A stretch of 64,000 nt of DNA from Candidatus Woesearchaeota archaeon. Its GTDB lineage: Archaea > Nanobdellota > Nanobdellia > Woesearchaeales > ARS49. This document shows, piece after piece, positions 38,324 to 48,154 of the stretch (position 1 is its first letter; every line of letters begins with the position of its first letter). The notes beneath the pieces were generated by a model. That model had not been told where the DNA came from, did not search any database, and saw nothing but the letters and a program-made list of their open reading frames with translations. Both the position numbers and the translations under genes were made by a program. The stretch is from positions 16,893 through 80,892 of the forward strand of contig JAWABQ010000002.1 in the NCBI GenBank assembly GCA_038884575.1. The letters are read 5' to 3'.

Positions 38324-39625
38324 TTACAATTCAGCTGCCGTGACCACGTGCACTGAAGAGTCCTTTACCCTGCTGTCCATTGCTATGACGTGCTTGACTC
38401 CTGCCTTTTCTGCAACGTCTGTGATTTCCTTGTCGGCAGAGCCGTCAAAGACAACAGCATAAACACCTGAGTTAAGGGTCTTGAGCGTGCTTGAAAGCTC
38501 TGTGAAAGGAACCTTGCCAAGCACATTCATCTTGTTGTCAAGCAAATAAGCGCCGCGAGTGCCGATGAGGTTTTCAAGCATGCTTCCAAAGCGCTTCTTT
38601 TCCTCAGGATTCAGAGCCTTGCCCTGCATAACAGGCGTTGCCATGGGTGCCCGCCTTACTTCAGACTCAATAGGCGCAGACCTGACCAAAGGCTGGAGCC
38701 TCTGAGGCTGCATAACCCTGACTGGTGCGGGCTGGATCCTGTTTGTTGTCTCGCGCATCAAAGGCCTGCGGATGCTCTGGGTTGTGTCATTCGCAGCCAA
38801 TTCAAGCTTTGCCTGCTCAATTGTTATTCGGCTCCTCAAAGCCTTGTGGATTTCCTTCTTTGCAAGCTCCTCAACCTCCTTTCCGTCAGGAGCCCTGGCA
38901 ACAAAGTCAATCTCTGCAATGTTCAAAAGCTCCTTCAGGATGAGGTTTCCGCCCCTGTCTCCGTCAAGGAAGACAACAATGTCCTTTTTCCTGCTGAGGT
39001 CCACTATTGTCTGCGGAACCTGTGTGCCGTTCATTGCAATTACGTTCTTGAAGCCGTTCTTCAAGAGGTTCAGGACGTCAGCGCGGCCCTCGACAACAAT
39101 GACCTCGTCGGAGTCCTCAATTCCAGGACCTGCAGGGCACCTGTCCCTTCCATACTCAGTGATTTCCATAACCCTGACCGAGTGCGCGACCTCCTCTGCG
39201 AGCTCCTGCGAGTCAGGCATTACGCTGTCCACCATTGTCCTGAGCAATTCCTTTGCGCGCTCAATGACAAAGTTCCTCTTGCTAATCCTGACATCCTCAA
39301 TGTTTGTGACCTTTAATTTTGCATTGCAGGGTCCTATTCGCTGTATGATTTCCAAAGCCGCAGCAACTATTGCTGTTTCTGCCTTGTCCAAAGAAGAAGG
39401 GATTATGATGCTTCCCTGGGTCCTTCCGCCCCTTGTCTCTGTGTTGACCTCAATTCTGCCAATTCTTCCAGAACGCTGAAGCTCCCTGAGCTCAAGGTCT
39501 GCGCCTAGGAGGCCTTCTGTCTGGCCGAAGATTGCGCCAATGACATCCGGCCTGTCGACAACACCCTCGATTTCAATGCTTGCGTTGACAATATACTTAG
39601 ATGAAACAGGACTGATTTTCCCCAT
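38324..39625 (-). CDS. dnaG: DNA primase DnaG (archaeal, Toprim domain)
   Basis: 433 aa. Toprim VIVVEGRADVLNLLKNGFKNVIAMNGT...VFLDGDRGG, and a conserved N-terminal domain. Confidence 0.75.
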   Translation of the reverse strand: MGKISPVSSKYIVNASIEIEGVVDRPDVIGAIFGQTEGLLGADLELRELQRSGRIGRIEVNTETRGGRTQGSIIIPSSLDKAETAIVAAALEIIQRIGPCNAKLKVTNIEDVRISKRNFVIERAKELLRTMVDSVMPDSQELAEEVAHSVRVMEITEYGRDRCPAGPGIEDSDEVIVVEGRADVLNLLKNGFKNVIAMNGTQVPQTIVDLSRKKDIVVFLDGDRGGNLILKELLNIAEIDFVARAPDGKEVEELAKKEIHKALRSRITIEQAKLELAANDTTQSIRRPLMRETTNRIQPAPVRVMQPQRLQPLVRSAPIESEVRRAPMATPVMQGKALNPEEKKRFGSMLENLIGTRGAYLLDNKMNVLGKVPFTELSSTLKTLNSGVYAVVFDGSADKEITDVAEKAGVKHVIAMDSRVKDSSVHVVTAAEL

Positions 39626-40024
39626 TTTAACTCCTCCATGTTGTTCCCCAATTGTTATTAAGAGGCTAAAAAAGAACCAGTCCGGCCAGAAATGACTAAA
39701 AGCATCCTTTGGGACTTCTTTTGGCTATTTTCCGGCTTATTCCTCCCTCAAACCGAAGGAAACTTGGATGATAATGATGATTGGTTCTTTTCTGTCTCTG
39801 TTTGGTTATCTTGACTTTGTTAAAAGGCCTGTAGCCACGCCGCTAACCCCCTGAGCTCATTGCTTGGTTTTCCGTCAGCTCCACAGGGTTCTCTCGGCAA
39901 CGGGCCGTATTTGCGGCCTTTTAACCTGTCCAAACTATATGTTGCAGGTCTATATAAAGGTTCGTATTCTATTTATAAATTAAGATGGGATAGGTATAAA
40001 AACAAGGCAGTTTTGAGAGGTTTA

Positions 40025-40756
40025 ATGGCACGCATAAGGCATCCTGAAGACATAAAGAAGACATTCAAGGACGTATTTGACAATTTTACCAATGTGACGA
40101 TTCTCAAGCTTATCTCAAAGGGGCAGCTGGACGGGTTGGAGAGCCCGATTAGCATTGGGAAAGAGGCTAATATATTCTCTGCAATGGCTCAAGGTGAGAG
40201 GGTAATGGTCAAGATTTATAGGATAGCCGCCTGCGACTTCAACAAAATGTATGATTACCTTAGGGCAGACCCGCGGTTTCCAGGGCTGGATAAGAACCGC
40301 AGAAAGGTTGTTGTGCTGTGGGCAAGGCGCGAATACAGAAACCTGCTAAAGGCAAGAGAAGCAGGAGTAAGGGTGCCAACACCGCGCGCAGTATTGAACA
40401 ATGTATTAGTAATGGAGTTTATTGGTGACGAAGGAATTCCAGCACCAAGAGTAAAAGACGCAATTCCGGAAAACCCCAAGGAATTTTTTGAAAAGGTTGT
40501 CAACGGAATGCAGAAACTCCACAAAGCAGGATTAGTTCACACTGATTTAAGCCAGTTCAACATCCTGAATTACAACGAAGAGCCGGTCTTTATTGACATG
40601 AGCCAGGCAACAACACTGGAAAACCCAAACGCACAAGAATACCTCACAAGAGACATAAAAAACATTTGCACTTTTTTCAGGAAACTGGGGCTGGATATCG
40701 ACGACGAAAAAATAAGGCAGCAAATAACAGGAAAAAAGCCAATACGCAACATTTAA
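40025..40756 (+). CDS. rio1: RIO-type serine/threonine protein kinase (Rio1)
   Basis: Start MARIRHPED. It has ISIGKEANIF (flexible loop), VHTDLSQFNIL (catalytic loop) and IDMSQA. The track's N-terminal extension from 39860 is rejected. Confidence 0.7.
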   Translation: MARIRHPEDIKKTFKDVFDNFTNVTILKLISKGQLDGLESPISIGKEANIFSAMAQGERVMVKIYRIAACDFNKMYDYLRADPRFPGLDKNRRKVVVLWARREYRNLLKAREAGVRVPTPRAVLNNVLVMEFIGDEGIPAPRVKDAIPENPKEFFEKVVNGMQKLHKAGLVHTDLSQFNILNYNEEPVFIDMSQATTLENPNAQEYLTRDIKNICTFFRKLGLDIDDEKIRQQITGKKPIRNI

Positions 40757-40763
40757 AAACACG

Positions 40764-41360
40764 TTGCGTTCCCATCAAAAAAATCACCTAATGATTATGA
40801 CCTCCCAAGAAGTTGATGAATTTGCTTATGAGCTGAAAATACCCAAGGAAAGGGTCGCCGTGCTCATAGGAAAGAAAGGCGAGCTGAAACGACAGCTGGA
40901 ACACGTCACAAAGACAAAAATAAAAGTCGATTCGGACGAGGGCGACGTGAGCATTTCAGGCGCTGATGCCTTATTGCTGTACAGCTGCCGCGAAATAGTC
41001 AGGGCAATAGGCAGGGGATTTAACCCGCAAATCGCAATGCAGCTCCTGAAGCAGGACTATGGAATTGAGTTCATTAACCTGACTGAATATGCATCCACAC
41101 AAAAAGAGCTTGAAAGGCTCCGCGGAAGAGTCATTGGCGAGGGCGGGAAGTCACGAAAAACAATCGAGGACCTGACATTCACGAATATCAGCGTTTACGG
41201 AAAGACAATAGGCATCATCGGAAGGCTCGAAGGCATTCCTGCTGCAAGAAAGGCAGTTGAGGCACTGCTTTCAGGCAGAAAACACGGAACAGTGTACAAG
41301 TTCCTTGAGCGCAACAGGAAACAGATGCGCTTAGCGGAACAGGGTGTTGACAATGGCTGA
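40764..41360 (+). CDS. KH-domain RNA-binding protein (aDim2/Pno1-like)
   Basis: Two KH domains: [16 protein letters not shown] and [17 protein letters not shown]. It sits downstream of rio1, as is typical in archaea. Confidence 0.65.
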   Translation: MRSHQKNHLMIMTSQEVDEFAYELKIPKERVAVLIGKKGELKRQLEHVTKTKIKVDSDEGDVSISGADALLLYSCREIVRAIGRGFNPQIAMQLLKQDYGIEFINLTEYASTQKELERLRGRVIGEGGKSRKTIEDLTFTNISVYGKTIGIIGRLEGIPAARKAVEALLSGRKHGTVYKFLERNRKQMRLAEQGVDNG

Positions 41361-42987
41361 AAAAATCATTGCAGAAAAGCTGGCTGAGAAGCAGAAGGCG
41401 GTTTCTGTTGCTGAATTCTTTGAGAGAAACAGGCATTTGCTTGGCTTTGACAACAAAAGAAAAGCCCTGCTGACAGTGGTAAAGGAGGCAGTTGACAACT
41501 CCCTTGACGCCTGCGAGGAGGCAAGAATACTGCCAGAGGTTTCTGTGCAAATAATCGAAATGGGCAATGAAAGGTTCAGGATAATTGTTGAGGACAACGG
41601 GCCAGGAATAGTCAAGAAGCAGATTGCAAACGTGTTCGCAAGACTGCTTTACGGCTCAAAATTCCACACAATGAAGCAGGGCAGGGGCCAGCAGGGGATA
41701 GGCATTTCTGCAGCAGTACTTTACGCGCAACTGACAACAGGAAGGCCTGCAAAAATAACAACAAGAATAGACCCAAAACACCCTGCACACCACATGGAAC
41801 TGCATCTTGACACAAAAACAAACGAGCCGCACATAGTCAAGGAACACGAAATTGAGTGGAAAAAAGACCACGGCACAAAAGTCGAGCTTGACATCGAGGC
41901 AAGCTACCAGAAAGGAGACCAAAGCGTTGACAGCTACCTGAAGGAAACAGCAATCGTCAACCCCCACGCAACAATAGTTTACACAAATCCAAAAGCAGAA
42001 CAGGTCATATTCCCAAGGGCTTCTGACAAGCTTCCAAAAGAGCCGCAGGAAATCAAGCCACACCCATATGGTGTTGAGATTGGAATAATGCTCAAAATGA
42101 TTCGTTCAACAGAATCAAGGACACTGCAGTCATTCCTGATGAACGAATTCTCAAGGGTCGGAAGCCAGACAGCAAAGGAAATCTGCGCAAACGCAGGCCT
42201 GACCACTGACATGAAGCCTCGCGAGCTCGAACTCGGGCATGTCGAAAAGCTGATGGAGGGTATAAAGAAGACAAAAATCATTGCGCCGCCAACAGACTGC
42301 ATAGTGCCGATAGGCGAGGAATTATTGGAAAAAGGGCTTCGCAAGGAAGTTGCAGCAGAATTCTACACTGCTGTTACCCGACCTCCTGAAGTTTACCGCG
42401 GAATCCCGTTCGTCATTGAGGTTGCGCTCGCATATGGAGGACAGCAGCCCAAGGAGGAGCCTGCAAGAATCTTGAGGTTTGCAAACAGGGTTCCGCTATT
42501 GTACCAGCAATCGTCCTGCGCAGCATTCAAGAGCATCCTGCAGACAAACTGGAAGCCTTACGGAATGCAGCAAAGCGGAGGGGCAGTGCCAGTAGGTCCA
42601 TTGACAATAATTGTCCATCTGGCATCAGTCTGGCCGCCATTCACGTCAGAAGCAAAAGAAGCCATAGCGCACTATCCGGAAATCGTCAAGGAAATCAAGC
42701 TTGCGCTGCAGGAGGCAGGAAGAAGGCTTGGAGCATACGTAAACAAGAAAAGAAGAGTGGGGCTTGAAAGGGAAAGGGTAAACATATTTGAGCGCTACAT
42801 CCCGGAAGTCGCTGATTCGCTGGCAGCACTGTCAGGCGAGAACAAGAAAGCCCTTGAGTCCCAGCTGAACTCAATGCTTGCAAAGAACAAGGAATTCATA
42901 ATCAGCAATACTGCAGCCATTCCAGAATCAAGAAAAGATGAAGAAGACAAAATCAAGCTCACGGGCTCAGCAGAAAGTGATGAATAA
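41344..42987 (+). CDS. top6B: DNA topoisomerase VI subunit B
   Basis: 547 aa. GHKL ATPase features ([21 protein letters not shown]), then the H2TH and transducer domains. Confidence 0.85.
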   Translation: MLTMAEKIIAEKLAEKQKAVSVAEFFERNRHLLGFDNKRKALLTVVKEAVDNSLDACEEARILPEVSVQIIEMGNERFRIIVEDNGPGIVKKQIANVFARLLYGSKFHTMKQGRGQQGIGISAAVLYAQLTTGRPAKITTRIDPKHPAHHMELHLDTKTNEPHIVKEHEIEWKKDHGTKVELDIEASYQKGDQSVDSYLKETAIVNPHATIVYTNPKAEQVIFPRASDKLPKEPQEIKPHPYGVEIGIMLKMIRSTESRTLQSFLMNEFSRVGSQTAKEICANAGLTTDMKPRELELGHVEKLMEGIKKTKIIAPPTDCIVPIGEELLEKGLRKEVAAEFYTAVTRPPEVYRGIPFVIEVALAYGGQQPKEEPARILRFANRVPLLYQQSSCAAFKSILQTNWKPYGMQQSGGAVPVGPLTIIVHLASVWPPFTSEAKEAIAHYPEIVKEIKLALQEAGRRLGAYVNKKRRVGLERERVNIFERYIPEVADSLAALSGENKKALESQLNSMLAKNKEFIISNTAAIPESRKDEEDKIKLTGSAESDE

Positions 42988-44063
42988 TGAATGATGCAAA
43001 GAAAAAACTGCAAGAAATAGGAAAGGAACTTGTAGAATCAGTCAAGAAAGGAAAACAGCCAAAGATTGACGTCCCAGTAAGGGCATTAAGCAACATAGTC
43101 TACAACGAGAAGACAAAAACCCTTGAGTTGGGAAACAAGACAGCAGAAAGGATGTTCTTCAATGTCGGACACGTCAAGAAATTCGTCCAGACGCTTGAAG
43201 TCGCAAAGATTTCAAAACAACTGCTTGACCTGGCAAAGCACGCATCACTCAGGGACGTATTCTACATGGCAAAACGCACTTTGCCCGGCACAAACACAAA
43301 CCTTGTTGACGAGCAAAGCGAATCAGACAACGCAATAGAGGACATGGAGCTCATTTCAGGATTCTCAAGGGAGCAACTGAACATCAATGCAAACAAGAAC
43401 GGCTCAGTAGCAGGGCACGTGGTGATTGAGGACAAGGGAGACACGATAGACTGGAGCAAAATGGGCTCAGGGGGATGGTCAATCCCGTCAAATGTTGAAG
43501 ACATCAAGTTCAAGAAAGTAGACGCAAAATACGTCCTCTACATGGAAAAGGCAGCAGTCTGGGAGCGTCTGCACGAGGACAAGTTCTGGGACAAGCACAA
43601 ATGCATCATAATGAGCTCGCAGGGGCAGACAACCCGCGGAATCAGGAGGCTTTTGCAAAGGCTGTCAACAGAACACAGCCTGCCGATTTACGTCCTGTGC
43701 GACTATGACCCGTACGGAGTCTACATTTACTCCGTCCTGAAGTTTGGCTCTATCAATCTGGCACACATGACGCAGACCCTGACGCTGCCAAATGCAAAAT
43801 ATCTCGGCATAACCTCTGATGATATTGACAAGTACAACCTGAAAAAGCACTTCATCAAGCTGAAAGACGTTGACATCTCGCGCCTGAAGCAGATTGCAGA
43901 GTATGACTGGTTCAAGAACAACAAAGTCTGGCAGCGCGAGTTCAAGATGATGAAGGCATTCGGAGCAAAAGCAGAAATCCAGGCATTGAGCGCGCGAGGA
44001 ATCACATTCATTTCTGACCATTATTTGCCTGAAAAAATAAAGAACAAGGACTGGATTGAATGA
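42987..44063 (+). CDS. top6A: DNA topoisomerase VI subunit A (Spo11 homolog)
   Basis: 358 aa. It has a winged-helix domain with the catalytic Tyr region, and a Toprim domain (LCDYDPYG). Confidence 0.85.
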   Translation: MNDAKKKLQEIGKELVESVKKGKQPKIDVPVRALSNIVYNEKTKTLELGNKTAERMFFNVGHVKKFVQTLEVAKISKQLLDLAKHASLRDVFYMAKRTLPGTNTNLVDEQSESDNAIEDMELISGFSREQLNINANKNGSVAGHVVIEDKGDTIDWSKMGSGGWSIPSNVEDIKFKKVDAKYVLYMEKAAVWERLHEDKFWDKHKCIIMSSQGQTTRGIRRLLQRLSTEHSLPIYVLCDYDPYGVYIYSVLKFGSINLAHMTQTLTLPNAKYLGITSDDIDKYNLKKHFIKLKDVDISRLKQIAEYDWFKNNKVWQREFKMMKAFGAKAEIQALSARGITFISDHYLPEKIKNKDWIE

Positions 44064-44070
44064 TTTGCTT

Positions 44071-44182
44071 CGCTACGGCCCTGGGAGGATTTGAACCCCC
44101 GATCTTCCGCTCACTCCGACTAGGAATAGAAGGTTCAGCGGCATACGCCACGGCTGCTCTATCCAAGCTGAGCTACAGGGCC
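44071..44182 (-). tRNA. intron-containing tRNA with unresolved anticodon (112 nt; likely non-canonical or multiple introns)
   Basis: The reverse complement begins GGCCCTGTAGCTCAGCTTGGATAGAGCA (canonical acceptor and D arm) and ends GGGGGTTCAAATCCTCCCAGGGCCG (T arm and acceptor). The 7-bp acceptor GGCCCTG/CAGGGCC pairs perfectly. The middle 55 nt cannot be reduced to an anticodon arm by one canonical 37/38 intron; CCGCT...AGCGG forms a stem enclosing 25 nt. Confidence 0.55.
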
Positions 44183-44280
44183 AATGCTTATTCGCACATT
44201 TTCAGCTCTTTTAAATCTTTCCACTGGTCACTGGACATGGTCACGCAGGGTATGAAAACCAGGTGTCGATAAGATGAGGC

Positions 44281-44982
44281 ATGATTTCAGCAGAGTTGGC
44301 TGAATTGGCAGGAATTTTTGCTGCCGATGGGTGTATGCAAAAAGATTACATTTGTTTATGGGGCAATATCAGAGAGGACCGGCCTTATTATGAAGGAACA
44401 ATTACTTCTTTATTTGAAAAAGAGTTTCATACGACACCTAAATGCCATGAAAAACCAAGCAATTCTGTGTATGGCTTTTATATCTGCAAAAGGAAAATAA
44501 TCCAAGAGTTTCAAAAACTGGGTTTTCATCCAGGAAATAAGACATATACAGTTAAAGTTCCTGAACAGATAATGACAGACAGGCGACCTGAAATCTGGGC
44601 AAGTTTTATTCGTGGATTTTTTGACGGTGATGGCTGTTTGCACTTCAGCAAAAGAAAGGGCACCTATTCTAAATTCAAAAGAGAGCATCACACATATCCA
44701 AGAATACTCATTACTTCTCGATCATTCGGTTTAGCGCGGCAGATTTATGAACTCTTACAGAGATTAGGAATTCATTCAACGCTAACTTATAAAAAACCAG
44801 GAACACTCAGAGAAAATCCTTGCGCAGTAATTACCATTCGAGGCATTCAGATGTTAGAGAATTGGATGAAAATTATAGGGATGAGTAATAATTCAAGTCT
44901 TACAAAATATTTGCTTTGGAAAAAACAGGGATTTTGTCCATCTTATACTTCGATGAAAGAGCGTATAGAACTTATGGCCTGA
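44281..44982 (+). CDS. LAGLIDADG homing endonuclease (double-motif, single-chain type)
   Basis: 233 aa with LAELAGIFAADGC and IRGFFDGDGC. It is free-standing between two tRNA genes. Confidence 0.75.
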   Translation: MISAELAELAGIFAADGCMQKDYICLWGNIREDRPYYEGTITSLFEKEFHTTPKCHEKPSNSVYGFYICKRKIIQEFQKLGFHPGNKTYTVKVPEQIMTDRRPEIWASFIRGFFDGDGCLHFSKRKGTYSKFKREHHTYPRILITSRSFGLARQIYELLQRLGIHSTLTYKKPGTLRENPCAVITIRGIQMLENWMKIIGMSNNSSLTKYLLWKKQGFCPSYTSMKERIELMA

Positions 44983-45027
44983 ATTGAGATACTTTTTTAA
45001 AGATGTCACAGCATAACACTGTTGTCT

Positions 45028-45101
45028 GCCGCGGTAGCCAAATCCGGCAAGGCAATCGCCTGCAGAGCGATCATTTGGGGGTTCAAATCCCTCCCGCGGC
45101 T
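45028..45101 (+). tRNA. tRNA-Cys (anticodon GCA)
   Basis: GCCGCGG...ATCGC-CTGCAGA-GCGAT...GGGGG-TTCAAAT-CCCTC-CCGCGGC-T. Confidence 0.75.
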
Positions 45102-45112
45102 TATTCACAAAT

Positions 45113-45682
45113 GTGGTTGTTATGAAACGAGCAATAATTGCATTTATTATCATGATGTTCCTGATAGGATGCCAGCCTGCAGCAAAGCCAGAAGCGCAAC
45201 AAGCGCTTGCTGCGGCTCCAGTCCCTGCGACAGCTCCTGCGCCTGTGACTGAATCAGCACCCGCACCACAGCCAGCACCAGCAGAACCAGCTCAATCACC
45301 TTATGAAGTAATGCAGGAAGTTTCTGCAGCTTCAGGGCAGGTGTCGCCAGGACCGACTACTGCATTAGAGCCTGCAGTGCTGAAGGAGGGGTATTTCCAC
45401 AAGGTCGTGCACGAGACAAACGGAAATGTGCAGATAGCACGGGCATTGGGCGGAACATTGTCCCTTAACCTGCGCGGGTTTGACACAGAGCCAGGGCCAG
45501 GGCTTACGGTTGTCCTGCACAACGGCGACCCAGCAAACGGGTATGTTGTTGGAACCCTCATTTCCCACACAGGAAACTACCCATACAGCCTGCCAAATGA
45601 TTTTGACGTGAACAAGTACACCAAAGTCGCAATTTATAACAAGAAATACAACGTGGTATGGGGCGAGGCTGACCTCAAGTGA
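45113..45682 (+). CDS. lipoprotein-like secreted protein with an Ala/Pro-rich linker; possible DM13-like domain
   Basis: Signal peptide with FLIGC, then an AP-rich linker, then a C-terminal ~110-aa domain (GYFHKVVHETNGNVQIARALGG..LRGFDTEPGPGLTVVL) reminiscent of DM13. Confidence 0.4.
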   Translation: MVVMKRAIIAFIIMMFLIGCQPAAKPEAQQALAAAPVPATAPAPVTESAPAPQPAPAEPAQSPYEVMQEVSAASGQVSPGPTTALEPAVLKEGYFHKVVHETNGNVQIARALGGTLSLNLRGFDTEPGPGLTVVLHNGDPANGYVVGTLISHTGNYPYSLPNDFDVNKYTKVAIYNKKYNVVWGEADLK

Positions 45683-46461
45683 AGCGAAAAATCCTGCTGA
45701 AGAAGGAGCAAAAGCAGTTTGTGCCAGAGCTTGACAGGGAAGTAAGGATTGAAAAAGAGGCAATGTTCTACGTTTTTGACCCAGGAAAGGACTTTCACAC
45801 AAAATATGGCGCAATAAGCAAAAAAGAGCTTGCCAAAAAACCAGGAAGCCATGTAAAAACATCAAAAGGAAAGGAATTCACACTGATCGAGGCTGATTTT
45901 GCAGACGACTTAGGGCACATACGCAGGCTTCCCCAGACAATGTCAGCCAAGGACATGGGAATAATTGTTTCCGCAACAGGCGTGAACAAAGAAAGCTTTG
46001 CAATAGACGCAGGGACAGGCTCTGGCGCGCTTGCCTGCTATCTTGCACACATTTGCAAAAAGGTTGTGAGCTATGAAATAATGGACAAGCACATTGAAGT
46101 CGCAAAACAAAACCAAAAATTCCTTGGCTTGAAGAATTTGGTGATTAAGAAAGGAAGCATTTACGAAAAAATCCCTGAAAAAAATGCTGATTTGCTTGTC
46201 CTTGACGTGCCAGAGCCGTGGAAGGCAATAAAAACAGCAGAAAACGCATTAAGAATCGGCGGATACCTTGTTGTTTATGCAATACAGGCAACACAAATGC
46301 TGAATTTCGCAAATGCAATACTCAAAGACAAGAGGTTTTTGCTTGTAAAAACCTGCGAACTAATCGAAAGGACGTGGAAAGCAGAAGGAAACATACTCAG
46401 GCCAAGCACAGCGCCATTCGGCCACACAGGATTCCTTGTTTTTGCGAGGAAAATATGCTGA
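45679..46461 (+). CDS. trmI: tRNA (adenine58-N1)-methyltransferase TrmI/Gcd14 family
   Basis: 260 aa. IDAGTGSGALACYLA (SAM motif I)...LDVPEPW. Confidence 0.65.
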   Translation: MKRKILLKKEQKQFVPELDREVRIEKEAMFYVFDPGKDFHTKYGAISKKELAKKPGSHVKTSKGKEFTLIEADFADDLGHIRRLPQTMSAKDMGIIVSATGVNKESFAIDAGTGSGALACYLAHICKKVVSYEIMDKHIEVAKQNQKFLGLKNLVIKKGSIYEKIPEKNADLLVLDVPEPWKAIKTAENALRIGGYLVVYAIQATQMLNFANAILKDKRFLLVKTCELIERTWKAEGNILRPSTAPFGHTGFLVFARKIC

Positions 46462-46464
46462 AAA

Positions 46465-48105
46465 TCAGATGCTGAATTCTTCCTTGACCTGCTTTTCAAA
46501 AATCATTCTTGCAGGGAAGCCCTTGCTCGCGACAAAAGTGTTAAAGTCAACCCTTGATATGCCCTTTGACATTGCCTTTCTCTGAAGTTCTGCAATTCTT
46601 TGGCCAAAAACGCTGTAATTCGGCGAGTATCCGGGGTTTTCAAAGAAGCTAAATGTAAGGTCAAAGATGCGCTTCTTTGGCAATCCTGTTTTTTTGTGAG
46701 CCCATTCAACAAAATCCGCATATTTTTGCTTGCCGGAATTGACCCTGCTGTCGCTGATTGCCCGCAAGAACCTTCCAACACGCCATTTTCTCACGACATA
46801 TTCCATTGCATCGTTAAAAGTCTCCAAGTCAGAATACTGGCTAATGAACTTTATCACGTTTTTTTCTGCCTTGCTTGGCATGTATTCGTGCTCCAAATGC
46901 CTGAAAACCTCAAGAAGCTCAATTTCGCGGTGAAAGCTCAAGCCCTCTGTGATTGGCGTGTCCAAGGATGAGCCAAGAATCTCAACCAATCTGAGCTTTC
47001 CAAGATACCCTGTATAGCTGTTCATGAAGTTGACACAGTGGCCGTGCTCTTCGTGAATTGTTAACTGGAAAATTTCAGGAAGGCAGTCATTAGGGCTTCC
47101 TCTTTTGTCTGTTGTCGCGAAATAAATGCAGAAAGGCTTCTTTGTCAGTGTTCCCATTGGGCTCATTGCTCCACTAGGCATGAAAGGAACCATGTATTTA
47201 GGAGTCTCAATTACCCTGACATCATATTTCGGAGTTATTCTGACTAATTTTTCCTCTGCAATGTCCTGAAGCAAGTGCCTGGTCTCAATTATGACCTTGA
47301 TTAGCTTGTTCAAAGGCACATTAAACTTCTTTTTCATTGCAGCATCAATGTCTGGAATGCTGTTTTTGCAGTTCAGCTTTGAAGCAAGCTTTGCGCTGAT
47401 TGCCTTCAGCTTTGGCATATCTTCTTCAAGCCAGCCCATTGCCTTGTTTTCTATGTCTTTTGCTGATTCAGGATAGTCATAGTAGTCTTTCAGGATTTTC
47501 GGATAAACTTTTTCCCTTCTGAACCCCTTGCCGTGCTTCTTTAACAGCGGAAAGACTTCTGTGAAGTCGCCTTTCCTTATTTTTCCGACAAGGCAGGCAT
47601 TGCGCCATTCCCTGACTTTTTCTGCCAGAACATCAAGCTTTTTCTTTGTGCTTTCTTTCTTGACATTGTTTTTTGCTGTTGCAATCACTCCAAGCGCGCC
47701 ATCGCAGGAAAGGACTGTGAGAATTTTGATTTCAGCAGGCCAGTCTTTTTTCAAAAGGTATTTTTTGACATCCAAGCTCTTTGAGCAGCCGTCTGCGAGC
47801 TTCCTGATGTGGCTTTCCTTAAAGCCCTCAATCAGAAAATGGTTGTAAAGATAACTCATTACACCGCCAGGAGGGTCATTGACTTCCTCAAACAGGAAGC
47901 CGCGCCTAATTGATTTGAGATATTTTGTGGCTTTCTTGTCTTTTTTGCACTTTTTCAGCAGTTTATCAATCTCTGCAAGAGCCCTTTTCTCATTTTCCTT
48001 TGTTGGAATCCAGACTTTGCCTGCATATTGCTTTAATCCTGCGCAGAAAGCGCCCAATGGTGAGATTTTTTTCCACAATGAGAATATTTTATTGTCAATC
48101 TTCAT
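46465..48105 (-). CDS. DUF885-like putative zinc metallopeptidase (HEEHGH motif)
   Basis: 546 aa with HEEHGHCVNF (HExxH). The length fits DUF885. Confidence 0.45.
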   Translation of the reverse strand: MKIDNKIFSLWKKISPLGAFCAGLKQYAGKVWIPTKENEKRALAEIDKLLKKCKKDKKATKYLKSIRRGFLFEEVNDPPGGVMSYLYNHFLIEGFKESHIRKLADGCSKSLDVKKYLLKKDWPAEIKILTVLSCDGALGVIATAKNNVKKESTKKKLDVLAEKVREWRNACLVGKIRKGDFTEVFPLLKKHGKGFRREKVYPKILKDYYDYPESAKDIENKAMGWLEEDMPKLKAISAKLASKLNCKNSIPDIDAAMKKKFNVPLNKLIKVIIETRHLLQDIAEEKLVRITPKYDVRVIETPKYMVPFMPSGAMSPMGTLTKKPFCIYFATTDKRGSPNDCLPEIFQLTIHEEHGHCVNFMNSYTGYLGKLRLVEILGSSLDTPITEGLSFHREIELLEVFRHLEHEYMPSKAEKNVIKFISQYSDLETFNDAMEYVVRKWRVGRFLRAISDSRVNSGKQKYADFVEWAHKKTGLPKKRIFDLTFSFFENPGYSPNYSVFGQRIAELQRKAMSKGISRVDFNTFVASKGFPARMIFEKQVKEEFSI

Positions 48106-48154
48106 TGTACCGGTTTATTCGTGAAAACATATATAAATGTATTGTCAGTAAATC

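Noticed and set aside
44060-44272. 70-aa plus ORF across the intron-containing tRNA
   Set aside because: It overlaps the tRNA, and there is no coding signal.
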